This document shows, piece after piece, positions 20,367-30,070 of a DNA stretch of 64,000 nt. This DNA is from a virus (lineage: Duplodnaviria > Caudoviricetes), in the IMG/VR virus record IMGVR_UViG_3300023218_000062, one strand, 5' to 3'. Made by a program: the position numbers and the translations under genes. The notes under the pieces are model-generated. The model was not told where the DNA came from. It did no database searches and saw only the letters and a program-made list of their open reading frames with translations. The first letter of the stretch is position 1. Each line of letters begins with the position of its first letter.

Positions 20367-20950
20367 TTATTTATACTATTTATCATCCGGGCCCAATTGC
20401 GCAGGCGGTAATCTTCATACTTTGGCTCAAGCCGATGTATCACTACACTATACATATAAACTTCTGGATTGTCAATCCACTTTTGGCCTTCTTTACAGCT
20501 TGAATTCCATTCATGAGCAAATCTCCATATCTCAAGAGATTTCTTTTTAAAATCATCGGGCATTTTACTATCAATTTTTTGTGGAATAGATTCATTAAAT
20601 ATCCCAGTGTTAATGGCTTCTTTCTTGCCAATAGTTTTTAATTTTTTGGTATTTATTGCCACACATTCAAAAGCATATCGAGCATAAGCCTTTTTCATTT
20701 TTGAGGCTTCAATCCATTTTGGATCTCTAGCTTTATAAAAATCTGTGTAATATTGTATTGTCTTTGTGTTATCATTTTGAACTATTCTATATTTTTCAGG
20801 AACCCAATAGCTTACATCTTTTTCCAGCGAGGGTTTCTTTTTCTTTCCTACAGGTTCTAATATAATTCTAGGTGTGTTCCCAAATCTATATCGGATAAAT
20901 TTAAAGAATCTATATGGGACTTCTACCGTAAGTTTATTATTTGAATCCAT
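20357..20950 (-). CDS. hypothetical protein
   Basis: 197-aa ORF; 3' end abuts tRNA-Thr. Confidence 0.6.
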   Translation of the reverse strand: MDSNNKLTVEVPYRFFKFIRYRFGNTPRIILEPVGKKKKPSLEKDVSYWVPEKYRIVQNDNTKTIQYYTDFYKARDPKWIEASKMKKAYARYAFECVAINTKKLKTIGKKEAINTGIFNESIPQKIDSKMPDDFKKKSLEIWRFAHEWNSSCKEGQKWIDNPEVYMYSVVIHRLEPKYEDYRLRNWARMINSINKPI

Positions 20951-21158
20951 TAATATGCTTGTATTCTACTTTTACTATTCTCTGTGGAGGATACCATACA
21001 GCACTGCTAGGTTCTTGTTTTTCAAAAACCCCTGTATTTTTTATTTCATTTAATCTAGTTTCTAAAGTATATCTACCTTGAATAATTTGTTCTTCAATTA
21101 TTGGCATCTTTTTTCCATTAATATAAATCTTGTATTCAATATATTCTCTATTTTCCAT
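20937..21158 (-). CDS. hypothetical protein
   Basis: ORF track. Confidence 0.55.
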   Translation of the reverse strand: MENREYIEYKIYINGKKMPIIEEQIIQGRYTLETRLNEIKNTGVFEKQEPSSAVWYPPQRIVKVEYKHINGFK

Positions 21159-21179
21159 ATATAATTATCCTGTTAAATT

Positions 21180-21274
21180 TGGTGGAAGGAGAGGGATTCG
21201 AACCCTCGGAACATGGGGCTACCATATTCAAGACATTAGCAGTGTCCCGCCTTCGTCCACTCGGCCACCCTTCC
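21180..21274 (-). tRNA. tRNA-Ser(GCT)
   Basis: GGAAGGG acceptor, CT-GCT-AA loop, long variable arm, GGTTCGAATCC, CCA. Confidence 0.9.
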
Positions 21275-21352
21275 AATTTAATAATATTATAATAGTTTCA
21301 GTGTTTATTGTCAATTGGTAAATACTATTTATATTATAATATTTTTGCATAA

Positions 21353-21673
21353 ATGTATATAACTTCAAAAGAATTCAAACATTTATTAAATAATCTTAGA
21401 GCCAATGCAAAAAAGCGTGGAATATCATTTGACTTGACTACTGCCGATATTGATTATATTGGAATTCCTCTGACATGCCCAGTATTAGGAATTCCTTTAA
21501 CATTTAATAAAGGCTCTCCAAAAGACAATTCCATATCATTCGACCGTATTGATTCAAAAAAAGGTTATACTAGAGATAATATAATTATTGTATCTCATAG
21601 AGTTAATAAACTAAAATCTGATTCAACTTTTGAAGAAATGAAAAAAATATTTGAATTTTATAATGACCTATAA
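21353..21673 (+). CDS. small HNH-like endonuclease-related protein
   Basis: CPVLG...SISFDRIDSKKGYTRDNIIIVSHRVNKLK. Confidence 0.7.
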   Translation: MYITSKEFKHLLNNLRANAKKRGISFDLTTADIDYIGIPLTCPVLGIPLTFNKGSPKDNSISFDRIDSKKGYTRDNIIIVSHRVNKLKSDSTFEEMKKIFEFYNDL

Positions 21674-21700
21674 AAAATCCCCTCAGAAGAGGGGATTTTT
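21672..21700. terminator. bidirectional terminator
   Basis: AAAAAATCCCCTC-AGAA-GAGGGGATTTTT between convergent genes. Confidence 0.85.
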
Positions 21701-21722
21701 ATCGGTCTCGCAGAGCTAAGAA

Positions 21723-22016
21723 TTAACTAGCCCCACACGTCCCCTCACCACATGCGCCTTCTTTGTCTTCTGATTCTTCACCACACGAACCTTCACCGCA
21801 CGCGCCTTCAGAATCTTCACTATCGCTTTCTTCACCACAAGAGCCTTCCCCGCAAGAGCCTTCTTTGTCATCTGCTATAGCATTTAATGGCATGCCAGTA
21901 TTCTCTGCCATGAATAGGTTAGCCTCATTTTCTAAATTTATTTCCGTGGCCGATGCTACTCCTGCCATAGTGGTTAGTCCTGCTATCGTTGCGATTGTTA
22001 GTTTGTTAGACTTCAT
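21723..22016 (-). CDS. HvfA-like low-complexity Cys-repeat peptide (RiPP/metallophore precursor-like)
   Basis: AAGGAG SD before ATG 22016, Sec signal peptide (AGVASA), three EG(S/A)CGEG(S/T)CG repeats. Confidence 0.75.
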   Translation of the reverse strand: MKSNKLTIATIAGLTTMAGVASATEINLENEANLFMAENTGMPLNAIADDKEGSCGEGSCGEESDSEDSEGACGEGSCGEESEDKEGACGEGTCGAS

Positions 22017-22137
22017 ATTACTTCTCCTTTGTGTTGTATATATTATTGTACCTCTCGTTCTATTATTTATCACGTTAAAGCTTAGAGGTCTTATATCCAT
22101 TGAAGTTTATCATTTTTCACACATAATTATGCGTATT

Positions 22138-22614
22138 TTAGTGGGCTAAGGCGCATGATTTTATAATATGGTGAATTTCCATATCCTTTTTTTCAAGAGG
22201 AGGGGGGTTACCATCAAATATAGAGCCTATTGAATCATAACTGTAAATGCGTTCAGGTATAACTATTCCCACTGAAGTTGTTGCGTTATTTAACGCGGAT
22301 TCTTCTTCTTCAAAGCACTTAACAGGATAAACCGTACCGTTACGTGTAAGAAGATTTAGCTTCCTAGCTAAATCCTGCAAATCTCTTTGGCTGCCACCGT
22401 TCAACAATATTATTGTTTTATCATTTTTGCTCCATTCATAGAATATTTTAGACGCAATATTACTATACATCATATATTGAACGCTCATTTTTTGAATAAC
22501 ATGAGCAGCTTGTAATCCTTGTTGCAGAGAAGACAGGTACATATTACCAAAGAAATATCCTCTATACTTTTGGTCATTTTCTGATTTCTCAGTACTTAAA
22601 CTTTCTTTGGACAT
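22138..22614 (-). CDS. peptidyl-tRNA hydrolase, PTH2-like
   Basis: QGLQAAHV, W...KTIILL, F.EEE.ALN...TSVGI. Confidence 0.65.
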   Translation of the reverse strand: MSKESLSTEKSENDQKYRGYFFGNMYLSSLQQGLQAAHVIQKMSVQYMMYSNIASKIFYEWSKNDKTIILLNGGSQRDLQDLARKLNLLTRNGTVYPVKCFEEEESALNNATTSVGIVIPERIYSYDSIGSIFDGNPPPLEKKDMEIHHIIKSCALAH

Positions 22615-22876
22615 TTTTACCCACCCAATTTATGAATGTAGCTAGTTTATCATGGGATTTTAATTTTGTCAAGTCATTATATTCTTTAGCTAAATCCTTA
22701 TTCGATAAAAATTTATGAATTGCTCCATGGCAATCATGACAAATAAAAATTTTGTTATTCTTCATTTCATCAATAGTAAACATCTTTTTACACCATTTTT
22801 TATTATGCATTTCTTTTGGTATTAAATGGTGTTGAGTGAGTTCTAAGTTACGCTCACATAATTCACAATTTTTCAT
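22589..22876 (-). CDS. HNH-like zinc-binding protein
   Basis: CELC...HHLIP...CHDCHGAIH. Confidence 0.75.
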   Translation of the reverse strand: MKNCELCERNLELTQHHLIPKEMHNKKWCKKMFTIDEMKNNKIFICHDCHGAIHKFLSNKDLAKEYNDLTKLKSHDKLATFINWVGKNVQRKFKY

Positions 22877-22953
22877 TAATGATAATTATCCTTTTTCTTT
22901 TTAGCTGATATACTTCCTATTGAAAAACGGGGGAAGGCCCCCGCTCAGTATTT

Positions 22954-25029
22954 TTATACAATATATTCGCTACTAATTTCCGTTATATTCATCGGTGTAA
23001 TATCACCTTCGAACAGTCCAAATACGATATCTGCATGATTTGGATCATCTACTACGGTAGCATTACGACCTATTGCATGCATCATGAAAAGATCGTATAA
23101 GCTTACTTTATTATTGATAGAAAGCATTGCTTCAGCCACATCGCGTACCGATGCTGCATTACTATTAACATTGTTAGGCAATCTGCCAAATGCATCTGCG
23201 TGTGACATGTCTGTCCATATAATTTCTCTTGTTGTAAGATCAAAAATTACAGGCATAGCACTTGTGCTGTCAAAGTTCATGTCTAGCTTACATTCAACTG
23301 TCTTGGGATCGTAAATTTCGTTGCTCTCCGGAGCAGATCTAGCCATCCAACCGATGAAGCAAGTGTCATGCTCTGCGAAGGTTTTCCCACGGAATACCAT
23401 CACATTCATCGCAACATATCTTGCACCAGCATTAAGAGCCTTTTCAATATCGATATCGATAAATTCACTAGCGCCGTGTGGCGCTCTAGTTATATCACCT
23501 GAATGATATAATCCAGACCTCGGTACTCTGATATTGCAATAGAAAATCTTATCCATGACATGGAAGTTTTCGTTAAATAGTGTAGCACTCAAATCAATAT
23601 CTAGTCCAACCCAATACAAGAATAAACGTACAGTGTTTGTTTCTTCATCTCCAAAAGGAAAACGAGTTCCTCTCGCCGCCGAAAATGTACCATCACTTGC
23701 ACTTCTCTGTTGAAAAGGGATAGGGCATCTTTGTAATGCTGGATCAATATACACCTTACCCAAATCTTCCAGATTAGAAAACCTGTTGGTTAGTATCTTA
23801 GATATTCCAGTTACGAGACTATTAACGACTTTTTCCGGAAGAGCACTCTGTCCACTGATCAATTTCGCCTTTTGAATATTTCCTTTGGGAAACACTACTC
23901 TCTTCTCGGTACTGTTATTTCTAGTTGCAAAATGACCTTTCAACTGTAGAAGAACTTTGGTTGACACATTATCAGCCACAGATATAAACTTGTTTGCAAC
24001 AATTATCTGATTTCGTTCGGTACCTGCCATTCTTAACAAATGATCCAATCTACGCGCAAAGTCGCCGGGACGAGTCACTAATAGCTTAGTAGCCTTAACT
24101 GGATGGCCAGCCCCCAAATGACGCTCAACTTTAGTGTTAAAGGTTTCAACACTTTCATTTTCACGTAATGGTTTGATGGCATCATATACTTTCTTGGAGT
24201 AGTCTCCAACATGCAAAGAGTGTGCCAACTTAACCCACTTTCCGCTATGTCGTACAAGATCTTCTCTGTTAATGACAGATTCTAATCCTTTAACAAGGAT
24301 TCGTCTTTCTGGTCTTTTGAAATTCCTGAATTTAGTGTTGTCTGCTAATGAAACATCACCACCGGACATGTGTGTGGCAATACGCAACACATCGTTGGGG
24401 TTCTTAACCAGTTCATTGATTGGAATTCCATTTTCTACCATGTATGCACCAATAATGCACAGATTTTCCTTGAACGGAATTGTTTCCGGAAATACGAGAT
24501 TTCCGTAATGTTGCAAGAACCATTCAATGATTTCCTTATCTATACTAGATACAGAATCGTTTGATGCCAATATCTTTGTAAATATTGATGCAAACTCGTC
24601 TTCTGTCGCAATTCCCAAAGTTCTAAACTTCACATTCTCAAATGCGAATTCTCTAGGAAGTTTTTCATAATCAGGCTTCCAGTAACCGTAACTCCAATAA
24701 TGCACGATAGCGTTCAAAAACAATTCCAAATCACTGGCTTCGATAACCTGACGAGGAAAATTCGGATACATTGGTTTATGAACTACATTATCGCCTTTCA
24801 ACTCTTTCAATGTTTTAACTAATACTGCTGAAAGGTCTCCTAGCATACGATCTGGAAGCTCTGAGATCACTTTTAAGAGATCTTCATCCATTATATAACC
24901 TAGGTCCATGATATTGGCTTGAAGGGTCATGGCCTTTGCTGTAATCTGTCCCGTTGGACTCTCACTGCGCAGGTGCGCAGGTATAACTACTTTTTCTAGC
25001 TTCTTGATAGCTATTTCTGTCTTATTCAT
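22954..25029 (-). CDS. TROVE/Ro60-like helical protein fused to a C-terminal TerD domain
   Basis: 691 aa; helical N-terminal ~450 aa (YPNFP, RPGDFARRLDHLLR); TerD motifs DIDLSA, HSGDIT, GASEFIDI. Confidence 0.7.
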   Translation of the reverse strand: MNKTEIAIKKLEKVVIPAHLRSESPTGQITAKAMTLQANIMDLGYIMDEDLLKVISELPDRMLGDLSAVLVKTLKELKGDNVVHKPMYPNFPRQVIEASDLELFLNAIVHYWSYGYWKPDYEKLPREFAFENVKFRTLGIATEDEFASIFTKILASNDSVSSIDKEIIEWFLQHYGNLVFPETIPFKENLCIIGAYMVENGIPINELVKNPNDVLRIATHMSGGDVSLADNTKFRNFKRPERRILVKGLESVINREDLVRHSGKWVKLAHSLHVGDYSKKVYDAIKPLRENESVETFNTKVERHLGAGHPVKATKLLVTRPGDFARRLDHLLRMAGTERNQIIVANKFISVADNVSTKVLLQLKGHFATRNNSTEKRVVFPKGNIQKAKLISGQSALPEKVVNSLVTGISKILTNRFSNLEDLGKVYIDPALQRCPIPFQQRSASDGTFSAARGTRFPFGDEETNTVRLFLYWVGLDIDLSATLFNENFHVMDKIFYCNIRVPRSGLYHSGDITRAPHGASEFIDIDIEKALNAGARYVAMNVMVFRGKTFAEHDTCFIGWMARSAPESNEIYDPKTVECKLDMNFDSTSAMPVIFDLTTREIIWTDMSHADAFGRLPNNVNSNAASVRDVAEAMLSINNKVSLYDLFMMHAIGRNATVVDDPNHADIVFGLFEGDITPMNITEISSEYIV

Positions 25030-25042
25030 CTTCGTTCTCCTT

Positions 25043-25079
25043 GAAGTAAAGTGGAAGAACCATTTTCTTCCGTAGCCTC
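25043..25079 (-). promoter_or_regulatory. mini copy of the bulged-stem motif immediately 5' of the SD
   Basis: GAGG-CT-AC-GGAAGAA-AATGG-TTCTTCC-ACTTTA-CTTC, then AAGGAG. Confidence 0.45.
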
Positions 25080-25118
25080 AAAGCACCAGCAGCCCATCCG
25101 GTCTTTTAGAGTCAAATT

Positions 25119-25190
25119 GTCGGTAAGTTAAAGAGCTAAGTCTAGTTTTCGAAAGTAAAATTATTAGAAGGATGCTCTTTTATAGCCGAC
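25119..25190 (-). ncRNA. Y-RNA-like stem-loop, copy A
   Basis: GTCGG-CT-ATA-AAAGAGC-ATCCTTCTA...GCTCTTT-AACTTA-CCGAC; begins at the predicted TSS. Confidence 0.65.
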
Positions 25191-25199
25191 CAGATGTGT

Positions 25200-25228
25200 A
25201 TCCTAGCACCATCGTTGACCGTTGTCAA
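25200..25228 (-). promoter_or_regulatory. sigma70-type promoter for copy A and the TROVE-TerD gene
   Basis: TTGACA-17 nt-TAGGAT. Confidence 0.75.
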
Positions 25229-25865
25229 CTCTTTTTAGAGTTTTTGTTCCATTATTATTTTATTTTCATCATATAAGTCGTACCATATATCATCGTGTAG
25301 TACTACACATAACTCATCTGGTTGATACATAAAAGTAACATTTCATGCATCTTGTATATCTGTGAATTTACGAATTAAATCTGCACATTCAGATTCTTCG
25401 AATAAATGTGTACTTTCATCATCTTGCATAGTGGGTTTGACATTTTCATTTTTTTTTGATTATCGGAAGCATTCAAACCCGTTATATATAAAGGAACCAT
25501 GGTAAGAATCAATATTATTAATATATATTTTATATTCATTTTTAAATATTACATTTATTTTATATTTATAGACGCCTAAAAGTGATATGTAAAACCTATC
25601 CCACTCCATATAAATTTATAGTTTGAGTTTATTCTAGACTCTATACGTGCTCTCATGTTAAAATTCATGAATATAGTATATATGCCTTACAACATACTCC
25701 CCTTCTATTTCAACGGCATGTGCTTTTATTGTTTCTTTAAGTGTGGCTGTTTCCATGTTAAATCCTAAACTTTTATATTGTTTATAACCCCGATGTTTTC
25801 AAAGACCATTAATAAATCCGATTACGTAAATTTTCTACTCTCCACTGTATTGTATTCTGTTTTTT

Positions 25866-26657
25866 CTATGTCCATAGCGAATCCCGTATTTCTATTAATG
25901 TTCCTAACATTCTATCATCTTCTTCGCGCCACACAGTTTCTAGTCTAGAAGTTTTGTCACACCATTCTTTGAATCTGATGTAATCTTCTGAATTATTTTC
26001 TTCCCATTCCGTAGAGAAAGCCGAGCTTAGCTTAGGTAGTACGACTGGGCATTCAGGCACTATCCTATTTGGTCTGATCTTCGTGTACCAAAGATATAAC
26101 TTCAATATTTTTTTGGCGTTCTCAGCCTGATAAGGGCTTTCATCTCCTAAGCTTATTTCCCATTTGAGATAGTCTAATCCGAATTCTTTATGTCTGTTCG
26201 GTTTAAACCGTAAAAAATACGGCAAAAACCTTTTCCATCCCATTAATTCTTTCTGTTTCTCCTTTTCCCCGAATACGCAATTCATATAAGCACATTCTTT
26301 CTCCACATAATCTACAAGTAGGGAAAAGCAAGCGTGAAACATTAACTCTGGCTTATCATGATAAGAACGAGATAGATCGGTTCTAACAATATCAGGCTTG
26401 GTGATAGAATATTTTATGGCATACAGTGCATCTATTATTTTCCATCTAATGTAGTTTATTATATGTATGTGGAATCCATCTTTAACCAAGAAATACCTGA
26501 TTGGCGCATTCTTTTTAAAACTTTTTTCAAAATTATTCCACCCTTCGAAGGTGTCAGACACAGGTGGGTTATATTTCATCCATTTTTTAAAATTATCAAA
26601 CATTTTTAGTTTCCTATATGTAAAATCTAGTATAACATATATATAAAGCACTGTCAA
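25866..26657 (-). CDS. conserved hypothetical phage protein
   Basis: 263-aa ORF; likely start MFDNF. Confidence 0.7.
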   Translation of the reverse strand: MTVLYIYVILDFTYRKLKMFDNFKKWMKYNPPVSDTFEGWNNFEKSFKKNAPIRYFLVKDGFHIHIINYIRWKIIDALYAIKYSITKPDIVRTDLSRSYHDKPELMFHACFSLLVDYVEKECAYMNCVFGEKEKQKELMGWKRFLPYFLRFKPNRHKEFGLDYLKWEISLGDESPYQAENAKKILKLYLWYTKIRPNRIVPECPVVLPKLSSAFSTEWEENNSEDYIRFKEWCDKTSRLETVWREEDDRMLGTLIEIRDSLWT

Positions 26658-26677
26658 AATCGTTGTTTTTAATAATT

Positions 26678-26753
26678 TGGTCGGAGTGACAGGATTTGGG
26701 CCTCCACACGGCCTCCCCCGACCGTGGACTCTGCCAAACTGATCTACAGTCCG
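26678..26753 (-). pseudogene. degenerate tRNA-Pro-like gene
   Basis: CGGACTG/CACTCCG-ACCA acceptor with one mismatch, T-loop CCCAAAT, anticodon arm CACGG-(10 nt with GGG)-CCGTG. Confidence 0.65.
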
Positions 26754-27491
26754 TTAACGATGTTCCGGGTTTTCAGCTTTTTTATTTCTTCCCTCAAACT
26801 CTTCTAAATTATTTCCTTTGTTAGGTATTCCGCCTTTTAACATTCTGGCAAAGTGTATAAGATTCCATGCCATAAATTGAGAAGTCTTTTTAGTGTATTC
26901 ATTATCCAATCCTGCACCATCATCGCCATACGATTTACCCGGTCCAATTTCGCCTATCCATCCGGTATCCACCTGTGGTGGAATTGTATATCCAATATGG
27001 TTCAAAGAATATAATATACTTTTGGCGCAGTTTTTTACACCATCTTCGTTTCCTGTTATAACACATCCAGCAACTTTACCATAATAAATATATTGTCCCT
27101 TATCGTTTGTTTGACCACTCATAGAATATAATCTTTCCATGACTCTTCCCCATATGGAGCTAGGCTCTCCTAACCAGATAGGTGAACCTATGACTAATAT
27201 ATCTGCTTTATTCACTTTTTCCTCAAAAAAATTGGGCCAATCATCTTTCTTAGCTCCATGTTTTGTCATATCTGGAAAAGTTCCCGGAGCAAGGTCATAA
27301 TCTACGGCTCTAACTTTTTCAACCTCAATACCCTCGGATTTATATATTTTCTCTTGTTCGTTGAAAAGTCTTTCAGTATGTGATCTTTTATTGTCCGATT
27401 TTAATGAGCAGTTTATGAATAATACCTTCATCTTTTCTTTTGATTTGGCTTCAGTTAAATTCTTTATGCCTGTTACATTAGACAAATCCAT
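26754..27491 (-). CDS. flavodoxin / NADPH-dependent FMN reductase family protein
   Basis: KVLFINCSLK, ADILVIGSPIWLGE, ITGNEDG, MAWNLIHFARML. Confidence 0.9.
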   Translation of the reverse strand: MDLSNVTGIKNLTEAKSKEKMKVLFINCSLKSDNKRSHTERLFNEQEKIYKSEGIEVEKVRAVDYDLAPGTFPDMTKHGAKKDDWPNFFEEKVNKADILVIGSPIWLGEPSSIWGRVMERLYSMSGQTNDKGQYIYYGKVAGCVITGNEDGVKNCAKSILYSLNHIGYTIPPQVDTGWIGEIGPGKSYGDDGAGLDNEYTKKTSQFMAWNLIHFARMLKGGIPNKGNNLEEFEGRNKKAENPEHR

Positions 27492-27616
27492 TACGGTGCA
27501 TCCTTATTTTAATTTATTTATTTTAATATTCGTCACATGTTAAGTTTTCAACAATCTAATCAAGATATTTTCGGTTTTGTAGTTGTTTTTCATGATCCGT
27601 TATATTAAACATAATT

Positions 27617-27973
27617 AGTTCCCTAAGCCCGTTTTGCTCTATCTAATGCCTTTTTACATTTATTACAGGTATAATCGATATCAGCTTTATTATCACAAAA
27701 GTCACACAGCGTAATGTTATTGTTATTAGCTCTGTTGAATCTATGTGCGGCCTTATATAGACGTTTAGCCGTTACCTCTGTAAAGGGAACTGGAGTACGT
27801 CCTCATACTATATGGTTGACTACTTCATCTGAAGGAGTTTCTTTCATTGCTTTTCCTACTCGTTCATAATTTAAATACCTCTTTAATAAGTCTCCTGAAA
27901 TCGTGTTACAAATGCAAGAGATTAATCTTGCTGACTCCACTGGTCGAAAGTGCGAAAACCCCAGTTTCATTGT
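27617..27973 (-). pseudogene. zinc-finger-type ORF interrupted by an in-frame TGA at 27803-27805
   Basis: ...DEVVNHIV*GRTPVPFTEVTAKRLYKAAHRF...LCDFCDN...TCNKCKKALDRAKRA* stays in frame after the TGA; outer ends approximate. Confidence 0.55.
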
Positions 27974-28032
27974 CTTTACATACCCTCGATTTCCCTGACA
28001 CACTTCATCTTCGGTTGGAGAATTTGAAAAAG

Positions 28033-28251
28033 CTAAATATCTATTCTTTGCAATAACTTAAGTAGACTATTATTTATAGAATATATCTCATTTTGCACAT
28101 ATTTAAGTTTTGCAGAAACATTAGAGTCATTATGTATTTCATTAATTTTGGTCTCTTTTTGTTCTTCCTCATCCATGTCAGGAATTAGTATATCATTCAG
28201 GGCGTCATATAATTTATCTCTAATATCAGCTAGGTGTTCCACTTGCTCCAT
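28033..28251 (-). CDS. hypothetical protein
   Basis: ORF track. Confidence 0.5.
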   Translation of the reverse strand: MEQVEHLADIRDKLYDALNDILIPDMDEEEQKETKINEIHNDSNVSAKLKYVQNEIYSINNSLLKLLQRIDI

Positions 28252-28426
28252 CAGATGTGTGATGTTCGCCGTGATAGAACCTACGTCTTTATCTTCTGGA
28301 GTGGTTCCATCGAATGCTTCCTCTGGTGTTGGATTTAGTTTGCGGTTTCTTTTTGCTCATATAAAAAGATCTTTTTTAAAGTGTATGGGGATAATATATT
28401 AATCGTGGGGGGAATGTCAGGGGGGA

Positions 28427-28502
28427 TGGGGGCGATAGTAGGACTTAAACCTACGACCTCTTCCGTATGAAGGAATTGCTCTATCAACTGAGCTATATCG
28501 CC
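28427..28502 (-). tRNA. tRNA-Met or Ile2 (CAT)
   Basis: GGCGATA/TATCGCC acceptor, TT-CAT-AC loop, CCA. Confidence 0.85.
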
Positions 28503-28513
28503 ATTTTTAAGGT

Positions 28514-28591
28514 TGGTGCGCATCCCAAGATTTGAACTTGGAACCTTTCGATTATCACAGTCGAATGCCCTATCAATTGAGCTAGTCGCGC
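28514..28591 (-). tRNA. atypical tRNA with a 9-nt anticodon loop (Ile/Asn-like)
   Basis: TTCGA-CTGTGATAA-TCGAA anticodon arm; normal D and T arms; ACCA. Confidence 0.7.
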
Positions 28592-28635
28592 AGGTTTCGT
28601 ATATTTGTTTATTTATCAAAAAACAAAGACCCCCC

Positions 28636-28685
28636 TGACTTCAACTTTGCCAAAGTTGCGCTCTACCTACTGAGCTTATAGCCGC
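28636..28685 (-). pseudogene. 5' tRNA fragment (Gly-like body, GGC loop), no T arm
   Basis: GCGGCTATAAGCTCAGTAGGTAGAGCG-CAACT-TTGGCAA-AGTTG. Confidence 0.6.
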
Positions 28686-28690
28686 ATATA

Positions 28691-28885
28691 TTAAATAGAC
28701 ATTCTATCGCTTTGTTCTTCGTTTAAAATATCATAAACGGATAAAGATGAACCCGCATTTTTAAGATTCTGTTCCATTACACTAATAAAATCAGGTATAT
28801 CATCATTAGGTATATAATGGACAAGTTTTCTGACTCTATCCTCTGCTTCTATACTTTTTTTTGTTCTAGTATCATTCAAATGCAT
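28691..28885 (-). CDS. hypothetical protein
   Basis: ORF track. Confidence 0.5.
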   Translation of the reverse strand: MHLNDTRTKKSIEAEDRVRKLVHYIPNDDIPDFISVMEQNLKNAGSSLSVYDILNEEQSDRMSI

Positions 28886-28967
28886 AATTGTAAATCCTGT
28901 GGATCCATTGCTTTTTGTTTTTTCCTATATCATATTTATGTAATTATGTGATGAAGTATAAAAAAAT

Positions 28968-29042
28968 TGGAAGGAATGTAGGGAATCGAACCCTATTCAA
29001 CAGGATCAAAGTCTATTGGCTCACCATATGCTCTTCATTCTT
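28968..29042 (-). tRNA. tRNA-Gln(TTG), degenerate
   Basis: CT-TTG-AT loop, GGTTCGATTCC, CCA; mismatches in the acceptor and anticodon stems. Confidence 0.7.
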
Positions 29043-29063
29043 ACAATTTGATATTGAGTAATA

Positions 29064-29324
29064 TCAAAGTTCTCCGTTCACTATCAATTTAAACATAAAT
29101 TCACTTACATTTACATGGATATTTAATTTTGGCTGCATTAAAGAAAAATCTAAAAGTTCACAAAATTCTTTAATAGATCGTTCAGCGTATTCTGAGAATG
29201 TACCTTCAGTCCCGTCCATTTTTATATAAGTATCTTCTATCTCATGTAACTTTCCTAGACGTTCAATAGCTCTTTTTTTAAATTGTAAAATGCTTGATTG
29301 TGATGTTAATATTATACTATTCAT
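29064..29324 (-). CDS. hypothetical protein
   Basis: ORF track. Confidence 0.55.
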   Translation of the reverse strand: MNSIILTSQSSILQFKKRAIERLGKLHEIEDTYIKMDGTEGTFSEYAERSIKEFCELLDFSLMQPKLNIHVNVSEFMFKLIVNGEL

Positions 29325-29389
29325 TGTATATCCTATTTTTGGGGATATTATAGCATAAGATCAATCTATTTGCAACATATTTCGGCACA

Positions 29390-30070
29390 TTATTTTACCC
29401 ACCAGTTAATCGAATTATACACTTCTGTTTGGGTTTTATGGTTTTTATGATATTGTTTGTATAATGTATTTCCTGAAGTTTTAATTGGTGTAAGATAATT
29501 TTCTTGATGCGCTACCACTATTCTTTTTTTATTTTGCTCTGCCGCCTGACTTGAAACTAATATATCATCCATATAATAATATTTAAACTTATTCACATCT
29601 ATTATTATGTTATTGGTGTTCCAGCAACTAACGCCGTTGCCTATTACTTCCACTTCCCTGTCTCTAATATTTTCGTCTTTAAAATGATAATATTTTTTAT
29701 AATCCTTGAAATAATTTTTTATTTTCTTGTGTTTTTCAAATTTTCTTCCATGATATGATATTATCACATCATCATTGTATTCATTTAGTTTTTGTATACT
29801 ATATTTTATATAATCTGAGGGGTATAATATATCATCATCTATACAAAAATAATATTCGTCTGGATTAGTTGCCCAAAAAACTTTACCGCTTGATTTAAGG
29901 TCGACCCCTTGGTGTATAGATATTTTTTCTTCCTTGAATTTTTCTGGTATGGTTTCAAAATTATTTAGATATAATCTAATATACGATACTTGATCATATA
30001 TTGATTCTATTACTTTTATGGCGCTATCTGTTCTTTCAGGCATAGTTGCCATGTTGGCAGATATTTTCAT
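29390..30070 (-). CDS. GT-A fold glycosyltransferase (GT2-like)
   Basis: ATMPER, YYFCIDDDILYP, MDDILVS. Confidence 0.8.
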   Translation of the reverse strand: MKISANMATMPERTDSAIKVIESIYDQVSYIRLYLNNFETIPEKFKEEKISIHQGVDLKSSGKVFWATNPDEYYFCIDDDILYPSDYIKYSIQKLNEYNDDVIISYHGRKFEKHKKIKNYFKDYKKYYHFKDENIRDREVEVIGNGVSCWNTNNIIIDVNKFKYYYMDDILVSSQAAEQNKKRIVVAHQENYLTPIKTSGNTLYKQYHKNHKTQTEVYNSINWWVK

